Below the pieces are notes generated by a model. The model saw only the letters and a program-made list of their open reading frames with translations. It was not told where the DNA came from and did no database searches. 64,000 nucleotides of DNA. It comes from Eledone cirrhosa (lineage: Eukaryota). This document shows, piece by piece, positions 49,180 to 62,535 of the stretch. Position numbers and translations under genes: made by a program. How positions within the stretch are numbered: the stretch's first letter is position 1; each line of letters begins with the position of its first letter. The DNA lies in NCBI GenBank assembly GCA_964016885.1, contig OZ024741.1:111600001-111664000 (forward strand), given 5' to 3'.

Positions 49180-51555
49180 ATTATGGGGCAACACTATTAA
49201 ATTATGGGGCAACACTAGCGAAGCAATTCGCTGGTTTAATAACGTTAAGAACAAGAATAAGTCTAAGTTTATACAATTTGACATAGAATAATACTACTCT
49301 TCAATCTCACCCAACACTTTACGTAAGGCCCTATCGTTTGCCAAAGTCAATTCCGACCTAACGGAGAACGACATTAATATTATTCTATAGGCTAGGAAAA
49401 CTATTATCAAGTTTGATAACTGCTACTGGGAACGTAAGGACAGACCTACAAACTTCGACATTACCATGGGCTCCAACGACTCAGCGGAGGTCACCGATCT
49501 TGTAGGAATTTACATAACCCACATACTACATGGAAAATTTAGTAATCTACAGGGGGGAATATATAGAGATGACGCGCTTTTATTAGTTAATAACTTAAAT
49601 AACCAAAATCTTGAAAGGCTACGGAAAAAACATTAGAAAATCTTTTAGTGAACTGGGTCTAAAAATAACGTACGAATACAATCTTAAAGTAGTAAATTTT
49701 CTAGACGTAACTCTTAATTTAAATACCAGACTGATACGACCCTTCCACAAGATATATGAGAACCTTACCTATATCAATTTTAACTCAAACCACCCACTTT
49801 CCATGATCAAATCAGTTCCCCGTAGTATTTCTCTTAGAATCTCTCGCCTATCGTCTAACTCTGAGATTTTCAGTGAACATGCTGAATACTATAATAGTGC
49901 ATTAAGGAATGCCGACCACCGGGATACAATAGAATACATTGATAAGAATCTCCATAACACACATAGTTCTACATGAAATCAAAGAATACGTAACCGGGGT
50001 ACAGAAATACAAGCGCATACACGCAGTACCACCAGACATACTAATAATAGAAAATCATCACCAAATAAATCACGTTGTAGAAAGTATATCTGGTATAATC
50101 CCATTTTTAATGCTTCGATTAGTACAAAACTATCTCTTTCATTCTTTAAGTTAATCAACAAGCATTTCCCTAGTTCCCATAAATACAGTAAAATTTTGAA
50201 CTCTAAGACTATTAAGCTATCATACTCCACTGCACCAAACCTTGAAGCATACATAAAAAACTTAACTTAAAGCAATTAAACAACACTACAAAACAAAATA
50301 TTTTAATAGCAGATGAGCATAACGTAGTATCGGCCTCCCAACCACTAAATAGGAGACGGGTATTACACAACCCACCTGTACTGTTATCCCAACCTATCCA
50401 TGGTATACCTGCTACCCACAATAAAAACTGTAACTGTCACCTACCTGAAAGATGTCCATTGAAGAATAAATGGTTAAAGTCCAACATTGTTTATCAATGC
50501 ACTGTTGAATCGAACGACCAGAAATGGTATTACATTGGGTCTACCACTAACTCCTTTAAATCTCACTGGTATCGCCATCGATTCTCAATTAAACATCCTA
50601 ATCACCGTTTTGTGACCACGCTCGCCAACAAGACCTGGCAACTCCGCGAACGCAACCAACAGTTCACCTTGAAATGGAATACACTTTCCAGCGCTAGTGC
50701 ATATCGGAGTGGATTGAAGTACTGTAGGTTATGTAACCTTGAACTCTTTTACATCTTAAAATCCCAAAATAAATTACTAAATGATATAATCGAACGATCA
50801 TTATACTGCAACCACAAACTGAAGGCTAAATTCTCTCACTATAAAATAACTTAACATTCGAACCCGTAACTATAACATTGCTTTCTCGCTAACTACTTTC
50901 TCTCAACAACTTCTTAACTATATCCTCCACACTACAAGACAATACCCTGCTTATCACTATAAATGGATACTTAAGTGCAATTTGTAGCCTACAACTATGA
51001 ACTCAATGTACACCCATCCCATAGCTTTCGTCTGTCCCCTCTCTACCTCTATCTCTATCTCTTCCTCTCTACCCCCCTCTCTCTCTCTCTCGCCATCGGT
51101 CCACCTCCCTCCCTCTCCATATCTATGAACCTGCCCTCTGTGGAAATAAATAATTCCAACCTTAACTATCAACGCATCGCTTAAGGTTGTCGCTTTGAGA
51201 GTAACCAGTATAATAAAACCCTTACCACAACATTTTGATTAAGATATCTGTATTCTACAAACCACTCTCTCCCATTTCTCCAACCCCTGCATATATATAT
51301 CTCTCTCCCTCTCCCCTTCTTTCTCTCTTCCTTTTCTACTCTATCTTCCCCAATAACTTCCCTTATGGGTATTTACATTTTACATTTTAACCATTCTGCT
51401 CTGAAGATTCAGTGGTAACGGCATTTGATAATTGAGTTTTGCAAATAGTTATAAATTTGCACATAGCATAACTAGGCTGTATAACCACCGTGGAAACATT
51501 TGTAAGCACACGGAATAAATTACCTTTTTATGATGTCTACCTGTTATTATTCATT

Positions 51556-51560
<5 letters not shown>
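49180..51560 (+). mobile_element. Penelope-like element (Naiad-like), 5'-truncated: RT, CxCx5C linker, GIY-YIG endonuclease, 3' pLTR
   Basis: FIQFDIE*YYSSIS, FDITMGSNDSAE, IYRDDAL, VNFLDVTLNL, IWYNP, CNCHLPERCP, NIVYQCTV..YYIGST, CRLCNLE..LLN. (TA)n lies on both sides. Confidence 0.95.
51397..51508 (+). ncRNA. Type I hammerhead ribozyme with extended stem II, in PLE 3' UTR
   Basis: TGCT-CTGAAGA-..GTGGT (long loop) ACCAC..-GAAA-CATTTG-TA-AGCA, followed by AATAAA and (TA)n. Confidence 0.72.
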
Positions 51561-51597
<37 letters not shown>

Positions 51598-51709
51598 TTC
51601 AGCTGTAGAAATGAGTTGCGACGTCGCTAGTGGTAAGCTGTAGCTGCTTTTGCCTTTCCCCTGAACGACATCGGTGGCATCACGTGCCATTGTGTTCAAT
51701 GAGCAAACT

Positions 51710-52700
51710 TCGTGATATCCTATTTCACCGCCCTTTATCCTCCGACCCCACTCCTGGCTACCAACAACTCATGTCCTCCACCCTTCACTAAATCATCTCC
51801 TCCTTTTTCCTACTCCCCACCCCTACAGCCATCAACTTTATAGTACGCACCACTCGCATACCCACCATCTACTTCCTCCCCAAACTATACAAACCAAATA
51901 ATCCCGGCCGTCCTATCGTTTCCGTGCGCAAATGTCCCACCGAAATCATCTCAGAATACTTAGATACCCTCCTCGCCCCATTAGTCGTCAACCTCCCCTC
52001 CCACATCCACAACACCAATCATGCCCTTAGATTATTCAACTTCTCCTTCCCTCCTGGCCCCTCTCGCTTTCTCTTCACCCTAGACATCACCTCTCTATAT
52101 CGTCATCCCTCATGGTGACTGCCTCCGCGCTCTCCGACACTTTTTAGACTTACGCCCTACCTCATACCCCAACACTACCACTTTTCTTCGTCTGTCTGAG
52201 CTTGTTTTGACCCTCAATGGATTTTCTTTTTCCGGTGAATTCTATCAGCAGGTCTCTGGCGTAGCGATGGGAACCAGAATGGGCCCAAACTATGCCAACT
52301 TGTTTGTTGGCTACGTCGAAGCCCAGATCTCCCAGTACGCTGGACCAACTTCTGAGCTATATAGTCGTTATATCGACGACTGTATCGGTGCCACCTCTCT
52401 ATCACGAGAACAACTCGACTGCTTTCTATCTTTCGTTCAATCTTTTCATCCCGCTCTCACCTTCACAACCTCCGTCTCCGATTCTTCGGTCCCTTGTCTT
52501 GATATCTCTCTATCTATCGATCACTCTCATCACACCCTCTGTACCTCCATCTTCTATATAACCGACTGAATCCAACTCTTACCTCCCATTCGCCTCCTCC
52601 CATCCAAACCACACCAAATTCTCCATACCCTACTCCCAATTCCTCCGTCTTCGTTGGCTCTGTAGCCTGGACCACGATTCCGAAACCTATTCCCTATTTA
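51710..52700 (+). pseudogene. Penelope-like RT relic (Neptune-like)
   Basis: IYFLPKLYKPNNPGRPIVS, FTLDITSLY, YQQVSGVAMGTRMGPNYANLF, SRYIDDCIG, SIPYSQFLRL. Confidence 0.92.
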
Positions 52701-53157
52701 TATTATGTATTATGTACAAATAGTTTAGTTTATTACAATATAATAAAGAAACGAAGTCCAATTCTTCTAAATACCATAACACTGTACACACTGTTGTAGA
52801 TCTGGCAAGAATTTTCTCACTAGCTGTTCTTACTAGCAAGAGTTAATTGTGTTGTTACTACCAGATGTTTTTAGCTTGATGGATGATTGTTGCAACACAA
52901 ATAAATGTCAAATCCAAAACACAGACAATGCCCTTACATTATATTACTGTAATAAAGTACCAGTAATGCACTGGGTAATTGCTGGCCTTGTGCCTAACGT
53001 AGAAACAATTATATTACTGTAATATTGTTTAATAAAAATAAGTCAAAGCTATTTGCATTGTATTTCATTTTTCAATCTAAGCCACATAAATCTACTTAAC
53101 TCATCTGAACCAGCTGGAACATAATTTCACTGATAAAACACCTTTCAACAGCATAAT

Positions 53158-53345
53158 AATTGTTTCTACTTCTGGCACAAGGCCAGCAATTATACCAGTG
53201 TATTACTGGTACCTTATTTTATCGACCCCGTATGGATGAAAGGCAAAGTTAACCTCGGCGGGATTTGAACTCAGACCATAAAGGACCGTAACTCTTTGCT
53301 GCAAAGCATGGCGTCCGACCCTCTACCGAAACTGCCAATCCACCA
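53158..53345 (-). mobile_element. SINE, short-tail form (a tail-only piece also lies at 52950-53010 on +)
   Basis: Family consensus. Confidence 0.9.
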
Positions 53346-53394
53346 GCTTTAATAATGGTTTAGAAGAAATATCCAGCCAGAAGAAAAATGCAGA

Positions 53395-53425
<31 letters not shown>

Positions 53426-54294
53426 CAAATCAAAAACAAAACAAAGAAAGAAACAATCAAGCCCTGACACACATTTGTTTAATTTATATTCTAACTTGCA
53501 CATTTCTCTGAAACCACACCTATCCCCTCCACAAATAAGGAATACATTTGAAAATGTGTTGCTAGATATACAAAAGGTAGAATGATCATGGCTTTAATCA
53601 TGGGTTTCTCAGTGAGGGCTCATCGGGGATCTGGAACAACAATAAAGTACATCCAAATGAGGTGTGTTATAACGAATCGTTTGATATGTTAGAAATAATA
53701 GTTCAATCCCCGTCATATCACACTGTAATTTAAATGAAAGACATATTGGATCACGTAATTTCACGGTACATTATTTGTTATACATTTCTGAAAGATTGTG
53801 TGCGAATGTTCATCATGTAAATGCTTTAAGCATCTCTTCTTATTACTCATTACATTGAACTCCTTTTTCACTATTTTTTATGTAGCTATCGCCGATTTCC
53901 CTGCTGCCACCAGCGTGTTAAATCGCTGTTTTAATTTTTTACGTCTTTCTTTTTAATCATTGAAAAATTCGTTGTCTGACGTTGTCACCTCCTCTAGTTT
54001 ATCGTCTGTCTTTTTATTCTGCTCCTTTTCATTGCTTTCACCTTCAATTCCAGATGGAGAGAAATTTAAAACGATATGTTTCCATATTAAATGTATATTC
54101 ATAGTCATGATCTCCCAGACAGAGTTTTCGCTATAAAACCGAGGAAGAGGATGGATTTCATTACTATGCGTCAAATGTCTGGGCTGGTCAAATGAGAAAT
54201 TTATATCATAGAATGGGCAATATGAGATTTGCCAATAGACGCATCTAGATCTGGTTAATAAATAGGATTCATTCCGATGCAATTTATTCGGTCA

Positions 54295-54655
54295 TATCAG
54301 TGGAGCTTCCAGACCCTGTCAGAGACAAAGAGCTCTCCAATATTGTTAAAAGCCAGATGATTCATAGTCAAAATGTTTCTATTAACAGGAATTCACCTTG
54401 CACGGAAGAAAAAAAATACACCAGATAGTTTCTAGGACTAGTTTTTGTGAATGCGACCCAAACAAACAAGTGATGCTTATACTTTTAACACAAAAAGGTC
54501 ACCAGAGTATTGAAACTTCCAAACCTTCGTTGAACCGTATAAAGTTAAAGACAAGAGATAACTGCTTTCTAACCAATGCATCAATGTTGCAGTCTGCAAT
54601 CCAATAGAGACTATAATAAAACATGTCAACAAATGTGTCAACAAAGTTTCTGACG
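54295..54655 (+). pseudogene. Helitron Rep-domain relic
   Basis: ISVELPDPVRDKELSNIVKSQMIH..NSPC..INVAVCN..KCVNKVSD resembles RepHel ISAELPDP..MIHGPC..INVE.C..KYVNKGSD. Confidence 0.7.
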
Positions 54656-55208
54656 ATATATAAGCCGTAATAAGTTCTGGGATTATGTGTGGAGATAGAA
54701 CAGGTTTTGAGTGGGAGTGTGGAACTGGGCTATGACATGTGTCTGAGTATAAATGCCCCCATTCACTTTCCCAAACCCTACACGACAACTACGCTTTTTC
54801 TTTCTTAGTTTCTCTCAGACGAGTGACCATGATCCAAAAGGTTGGATGCTATACACATTATAGTGATCATGTACTTCTTCTTTCAAGTTGAAATGTATGT
54901 TCCAGTTACACTTTATTGTCAAAAGAGGCTAGTTAAGTCTTGATAGCATAAAAACACACACACAACGGAAAAGGATATTTGAATAGTTTTCCTTAAAAAT
55001 TCTGACATCTTATATCATTAATTAATGAATGCGTGTGGATGGGTGGGTAGTGTATTTATATGTATGTATAAGTACAGGTATCTGGTATATATATATACGT
55101 ACATATATAAATTCGTAAGTAATCATATATGTGCACCAACACATTTACACTCGTACATGTTTAGTAAATTATATTTAAATAAATAAATAGGCATGCATAC
55201 ATGTGTAT

Positions 55209-55306
<98 letters not shown>

Positions 55307-55661
55307 GTATGTGTATGTACGTGTGCGCGTGCGATAGAATATGTGTATTTCGTATTTGTTTACGATATACATACATGCATAGATACTTACATACATACAT
55401 ACACGCATACATACATAAACATACATTATATGTTTAGGCAAATATACATATATGCACACATATTTTACACTTCTACATAAATAATATACAAAATATTTGG
55501 ATATATAGATAGGGATGCATGTGGTTATGTGTGTGTGTGTGCATTTTATAGTCATTGGACAGTCTGTCTTTAGTGGTAGATGAATATTTAATCAAGTGAC
55601 TTCAGCACTCGAAGGAACTAGAAAAAATGAGTGTAAACCAATAAAAAGAAAAGAATACACA

Positions 55662-55716
<55 letters not shown>

Positions 55717-56400
55717 AGTGGAAGCTTAGTAAAATCGAAGCTTTGGCTGTGGGCAAGCAAAGTCGACCTACAATAGGAATGAGTTAGCAAACCGCTCAAT
55801 AAGAGTAGGTCGTTGGAGTAATAACATACGTTTAAATAGCTTGACAAATTGAACATTGCGGTAGGCAAAACCCAACCACACAATACCAAAGTAACGAAAG
55901 AACTAACAGGTTAAAAGATACACCTGGACAAATCAAACGATATATGTCTAAAGTGTTTCTATGAATCCGAAATCATTTATCCAACTTACGTAACACGCAC
56001 GCTCGTGGTATTCCATGATCGAACAGAGGACACATTTCATCAACAGGGATTACGTTCTGCTTCAAAGCGGTGTGAACAAACAAAATGCGGCCGCTAAGAA
56101 TGCAGCCAGCGAACACTTCGTTGTCACGTTTTTGGCGGGTAAATTCAAAGTGTTAACAAGGGAAATATGTATATATATTATTCAAAATGTTAACAAATGA
56201 AAAATATTCTCATAATCAAAATATATACTTTATTATATATATTTCAAAGGTACTGTGTTGTTTTTTCAGTACGTCCTCATCAGACAAAATATATGATTTG
56301 ACATATGACATACCGTTACGGTCTTGATTATTCAATTCCAGTATTGGCAGCACTGGGTTACATGTTACCAATAGCACCCGTGAGCTACCTGACACACACA

Positions 56401-56452
<52 letters not shown>

Positions 56453-56482
56453 AACAAAAGATGGTTAAAAGAGTTCCATGTA

Positions 56483-56549
56483 TTTTATTATGCGCATTTC
56501 AAAAACAAATATCATCATGCAATAATATTTGTGTTTTCATCAGATAAAA
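56483..56549 (-). ncRNA. Type I hammerhead ribozyme
   Basis: Reverse complement of 56704-56770. Confidence 0.85.
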
Positions 56550-56703
56550 CAGGAAGACATGATATGAAGGTTAAAAAACACTTGTGGATAGTGCAGTTTT
56601 AAATCAACATATGTTGATTTAAACATATGTTTAAATCAACATATGTTGATTTAAAACTGCACTATCCACAAGTGTTTTTTAACCTTCATATCATGTCTTC
56701 CTG

Positions 56704-56770
56704 TTTTATCTGATGAAAACACAAATATTATTGCATGATGATATTTGTTTTTGAAATGCGCATAATAAAA
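56704..56770 (+). ncRNA. Type I hammerhead ribozyme
   Basis: TTTTAT-CTGATGA-AAACACAAATATTATT gcat GATGATATTTGTTTTT-GAAA-TGCGCA-TA-ATAAAA. Confidence 0.87.
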
Positions 56771-56895
56771 TACATGGAACTCTTTTAACCATCTTTTGTT
56801 CTTATATATTATGTATACTCCAGTCCTACAAACTGTAGAGTGCTTCTTATCCGATATCTGCATTGCTTTATTGTACTACAATAAAACTCACCTCC

Positions 56896-56949
<54 letters not shown>

Positions 56950-56957
56950 TGTGTATG

Positions 56958-57054
<97 letters not shown>

Positions 57055-57067
57055 GTGTATATATATA

Positions 57068-57165
<98 letters not shown>

Positions 57166-57288
57166 GGAGGTGAGTTTTATTGTAGCACAATAAGGCAATG
57201 CAAATATCGGATAAGTAGCACTCTACAGTTTGTAGGACTGGGGTATAAATAATATAAGATCAAAAGATGGTTAAAAGCGTTCCAAGTA

Positions 57289-57355
57289 TTTTATTATGCG
57301 CATTTCAAAAACAAATATCATCATGGGATGATATCTGCGTTCTCATCAGATAAAA
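57289..57355 (-). ncRNA. Type I hammerhead ribozyme
   Basis: Reverse complement of 57768-57834. Confidence 0.85.
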
Positions 57356-57767
57356 TAGGGAGACATGATATGAAGCTTAAAAAACACTTGTGAATAGTGA
57401 AGTTTTAATTTAAGTCTTAATTTAATACTATTCTTAATTCCTTTTTCTTCATGCATAAACCTCATTAACTTTTAATTTCAAAATCTTTTAAATTATCTAT
57501 TATCTTCCAACGGCTTTTTAATTTCTCTCAGTGAGACGATATATATTTTTTCTCTCAGTTGTAAAGGCTATCTCTCGCTCTCTATCACCCATCTCTCCTC
57601 CTCACTCATCCTTCCTTCTTATACTCCTCCCCCAGCATCCTTTACCTTTTCCAACCCCACCTCACTTTTTCACAATCTCATACATCAATCTTAATTTATT
57701 TTTCATATGTTCATTTAAAACTTAACTATTCACAAGTGTTTTTTAAGCTTCATATCATGTCTCCCTA

Positions 57768-57834
57768 TTTTATCTGATGAGAACGCAGATATCATCCCAT
57801 GATGATATTTGTTTTTGAAATGCGCATAATAAAA
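57768..57834 (+). ncRNA. Type I hammerhead ribozyme
   Basis: TTTTAT-CTGATGA-GAACGCAGATATCATC ccat GATGATATTTGTTTTT-GAAA-TGCGCA-TA-ATAAAA. Most stem II changes relative to 56704 keep pairing. Confidence 0.87.
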
Positions 57835-57866
57835 TACTTGGAACTCTTTTCACCATCTTTTGATCT

Positions 57867-57899
<33 letters not shown>

Positions 57900-58692
57900 C
57901 AAAGATCGGAATTAAGAGTATTCCGCAGTTCACTGTAATAATAATAATAGTATTAGCTCAAAGAAGACATAGAGAATTTCCTTCTGAGCTCAAATGCAAG
58001 TATATATTACACAAAGAGAAGTGTGTCACACAGTGAGATGTGTGTAAAGAATTATTACGAGTGTTTTTACCGTTACTGTATAGAGAACAATATCTACAGG
58101 TTAGCAATTAAATAGAAAAAAACCAATTCAGAATCAAATCTGTGGATTAGAGTTTGAAATCACAAACCTTATAACTATATTTTGCTGATACGAATCTCGC
58201 TTCGTTTCACCACCTATATGTGAAGTATCAGGTCACAGGATCCTGAGTCAGCAAATGCGAACACTGAACACTACACATCTAACCTCGTGGATAGAGAGAT
58301 TGCTAATAGACACGCTGGCCAGAGTAGGGCGAAATCACGTGTTATTTGCATCAAATAACGGCTCTCATGGATTGGGGAAGACGCTAGAAAGTGCAGCCCA
58401 ACCATTCGAATTTATTAGCTCAACAATTTGGAGCTCATTAAGTATATAAAGATCGGAATTAAGAGTATTCCGCAGTTCACTGTAATAATAATAATAGTAT
58501 TAGCTCAAAGAAGAAATAGAGAATTTCCTTCTGAGCTCAAAGTCAAGTATATATTACACAAAGAGAAGTGTGTTACACAGTGAGATGTGTGTAAAGAATT
58601 ATTACAAGTGTTTTTACCGTTACTGTAGAGAGAACAATATCTACAGGTTAGCAATTAAATAGAAAAAAACCAATTCAGAATCAAATCTCTGG

Positions 58693-58697
<5 letters not shown>
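57900..58697 (-). mobile_element. Partial-tandem (1.5-mer) PLE pLTR or retrozyme-like element
   Basis: About 250-bp direct repeats at 57900-58150 and 58447-58697 enclose a variant hammerhead at 58181-58255(-). TA repeats flank it. Confidence 0.7.
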
Positions 58698-58743
<46 letters not shown>

Positions 58744-58936
58744 GAATATATTTTTGGGGACACCCTGTGTGTATATATATATATGCATATATATATATAT
58801 ATATGTGTATATATATACATATATATATATGTATATATATATATATATGTATATATATGTATATATATGTATATATATATACATATATATGTATATATAT
58901 GTATATATATATATATATATATATACATATATATAC

Positions 58937-58981
<45 letters not shown>

Positions 58982-58982
58982 C

Positions 58983-59043
<61 letters not shown>

Positions 59044-59160
59044 CATATATATATACATATATATATATACATATATATATATATACATATATACATATAT
59101 ATATATACATATATATATATACATATATATATATACATATATATATATACATATATATAT

Positions 59161-59227
<67 letters not shown>

Positions 59228-59295
59228 TATACATATATATATACATATATATACATATATATATATATACACACACATATATATATATACACATA
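58698..59295. repeat. Long interrupted (TA)n/(TATACA)n microsatellite, one of many SSRs in the window
   Basis: Direct reading. Confidence 0.95.
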
Positions 59296-59392
59296 CAGGG
59301 TGTCCCAAAAAATGTGTACACACTTCAACAACATTCTAATAAATATTGTCTGTACTGGTAGTCAAAGTGTGTATACATTTTGCGTCACCCTG
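59296..59392. mobile_element. 97-bp Tc1/mariner-type MITE
   Basis: TA|CAGGGTGTCCCAAAA..TTTTGCGTCACCCTG|TA. A solo TIR lies at about 58752-58767. Confidence 0.85.
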
Positions 59393-59408
59393 TATATATA
59401 TATATATA

Positions 59409-60296
59409 CGAGATGTATCAGAAAAGTTCCAGGACTGATGTCACAAAAGATTTATTTCAAACCCAAACTTCACACTAAGTGTTTTCTCCTTCAAAGTAAT
59501 CCCCCCTGGAGTATATAACTGTAATCTTAGCTTTCTGCAGCGATCAAACTTTTTTCTTCATAATTTTATATACATGTCCTCTGTTTCAGGTCGTCAAGAA
59601 ATGAGCACAGAGCAACGAACAAACTTGAAGTTTCTGGTACGGTTGCTGCAGCAAGTGTATGGAGATGAGACGATGTCACGCTCACGTGTTTTTGAGTGGT
59701 GCAAGAGGTTTAAAGAAGGACGCGAGGACGTGGAAGATGACCCCAGGAGCGGAAGGCCCTCAACAACCAGGACTGAGGTCAACGTTGAGCGCGTCAGGCA
59801 GATGGTGCGTAGCGATCGTCGGCTGACTGTTCGACTTATGGCAAATGAGCTGGGAATGAATCGGGACAGCGTCTGGAAGATTCTCACTGAAGATTTGGAC
59901 ATGCGGAAAGTCTGCTCGGAGATGGTGCCAAAACTGCTGAACGATGACCAGAAGGGTCGACGCATGCAAGTGTGCCAGGACATCCTCGAGGGTCTTGAAA
60001 CCGAACCAGACTTAGTAGGGACAGTCATCACCGGTGATGAGTCATGAATCTTCTAGTACGACCCAGAGGGGACCCGTTTTGAAGACGTGGACGACATCAA
60101 AAAGGCCGTGACGACGGAACTGCGGAGGATCCCGGAAGAATCCTTCAAGGAGTGCATGCAAGCGTGGCAGAAGAGGATGGAAAAGTGCATTGGACTCCAG
60201 GGGGGTTACTTTGAAGGAGAAAACTCTTAGTGTGAAGTTTGGGTTTGAAATAAATCTTTTGTGACATCAGTCCTGGAACTTTTCTGACACACCTCG
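59409..60296 (+). mobile_element. Mariner (irritans-like) transposon, internally deleted
   Basis: About 70-bp TIRs and TA TSD. EQRTNLKF..VFEWCKRFKEGRE..PRSGRP..VPKLL..ITGDES*IF*YDP is joined directly to GTRFEDVDDIKK..GGYFEGE. Confidence 0.96.
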
Positions 60297-60935
60297 TATA
60301 TATATATGATAAACGGCATACGGTATATTTATAATATTTATAAATAAACATTTAGAAAGCCTTTAGCTATGGATTTGAAAACTGATAGCTTATCGCCATC
60401 TAACGTGTTCCAACAGAAGCTGAGTACGGGCAACCAGTGATGACGTCATCATTTCTGACTTTTGGTCGTTATCAATCTGGCGCTCCCGACCGTTTACTTT
60501 TGGAAATTAATATAAGCTAAAACATAGTTTAGAAGCCTATTTATTTTGACTGATCAGCTAAATTTGTAACGGCTGGCTCTGCCATATATATATATATATT
60601 GGTATTAACACGAAGATAGCGTTAAGCATAATGGGGGTGTATATGAAAGCATATACTATATGTTTATATACAATAAATATATATTTGAGCCTCACTATCA
60701 AAGAAAAAAATATTTTCGTTACGGGAAAGTAACTTTTCTTTTTTACTCTACGAACCTGTCACAGATATATCATTAGCTGTTCAGAGTGCCAAATTGGTGT
60801 TTCAAGATTCGTTAATCTCTCATCAATGACATTTACTCAGCTGGTACAGAGATGAAAATAGCCTAAAGCCTATATACACTTTGCTTACTAAACACTTGTT
60901 GCAGATACTCATCTGCATAAATACTCCCTCTCTCT

Positions 60936-61014
<79 letters not shown>

Positions 61015-61789
61015 GCACGCACGCACACACACACACACGCACGCACGCCCCCCCCCCCGCACATATATATATTTGTTTGTGTGTTTTTATTGACGAAGGC
61101 TACGCAAAAAATAAAAGATGTACAAATATACCAACAATAAAGTTACATATATAATTTCTCTATTTCTCTTTATTCTCAACGTGCAGCCAGCAGTGTGCAC
61201 ATGAATTTAATCAAACAGCACGTATTTTTCCAATGGCTGTGTAATATATATAGAGCTAAGAGTAGCATACTTATTTGGACAGTAATTCATTCATAGGCGA
61301 TTAATATGTTTCGATATACAGCATTAATAAATTTTATAGCTTAGCATATATTTATACAAATCAAATAAATAATTTATGCGTTGTGGATAGAATGCTTTAC
61401 GGTATTTATCCCAGCTTTCTGCTCTCACTGAGTTCGAATCTCACAGAGGTCAACTTTGCCTTTCATTCTTTCGATAAACAAATGTATAAGTCCACTACTA
61501 GAGTAGATTCTTACTCCTTACTCTATATCTCTTTCCCACTTCTCTCTCTCACCCCCCCCCTTTCACAGGAAGACACCGGCTGTGTTTAAATGGTAAGAGA
61601 GGACGGACGCCGGTAGTTTTAAAGTGCCCAAGACACTTCATATTTCACGACAGTGCAACTACGACTCTATCAGGAGACGGGTCTATACATATATAAATAG
61701 TATTATTAGCATAAGTGATGTGGCGAAAAGGGTTAATGCCATGTGCTTCATCAGTTTAATTGTGTCCCATATTGACACCAACAGAAAAA

Positions 61790-62160
61790 ACTCAAGAAAA
61801 CCGTTAGACGACATGACAATCTTCCTGTTCCGCGGGGGTAGGCCCCTCACCTGGAATGCCACATGTGACACCTTCTCTAGCTGCAATCGGGTGCGATCGG
61901 CTACCAGCCTAGGCTTCACTGCTCACCAGGTCGAAGGGGCTAACTGGCAAAGCATCGGCCGCTCTCCGACAGGTTGCGGTTGAGCCTGTGGCAGAGAAAC
62001 CTTATGGTGTCCTTGGCCCCGGGACCACATCCATGCTCATTGTTATCGTAGAGAAGTTGGCTACCCGCAAGTGCGAGCCTCACGGTGTAGAGTGGATGTT
62101 TCAGCGCGGCTCCCTCACCGACCCCCGGGGAAATTTCTTCTTCATCTAATCGGCCGGGAC
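61790..62160 (+). mobile_element. CRE-clade retrotransposon RLE-domain relic
   Basis: DDMTIFLFRGGRPLTWNATCDTF..EPVAE..YGVLGPGT..EWMFQRGSLTDPRGN. Confidence 0.8.
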
Positions 62161-62171
62161 CACGCAACGGA

Positions 62172-62535
62172 CTAATCCCGCCTAGGTTAACTTTGCCTTT
62201 CATCCTTACGGGGTCGATAAAATAAAGTACCAGTCACGTACTGTGGTCGACTTAATCGACTTTCCCCTCCCCCAAAATTGCTGGCCTTGTGCCTATATAA
62301 GAAACCATTATTAGTTAGATCACTCAAGGCAGCAGGTTGATAGAATCATTAGAGCGTCAGACAAAATGCTTTGCGGTATAGTTATAGCCTTTTACGTTAT
62401 GAGTTCAAATCCTGCGGAAGTTAGCTTTGCCTCTCATTATTTCGGGGTCGATAACGTAAAGTATCAGTATTGCACTGGATTCGACTCTTCTTTCCCTCAA
62501 CATTGTTGGCATTGTGTCTAAATCAGAAACTATTA
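62172..62535 (+). mobile_element. Two SINE copies (62172-62312 truncated; 62328-62535)
   Basis: Family core and tail. Confidence 0.85.

Larger units (their letters stand above)
56449..56804. repeat. Perfect 356-bp spacer-less palindrome with a hammerhead in each arm
   Basis: Axis at 56626/56627 within nested CATATG palindromes. Confidence 0.95.

Noticed and set aside
49285-49395. Selenocysteine recoding in the Naiad-like ORF
   Set aside because: The stops are TAA and TAG, not TGA, and frameshifts show ordinary decay.
58641-59518. YIYI-, VCVC- and THTH-type ORFs here and elsewhere
   Set aside because: Dinucleotide microsatellites.
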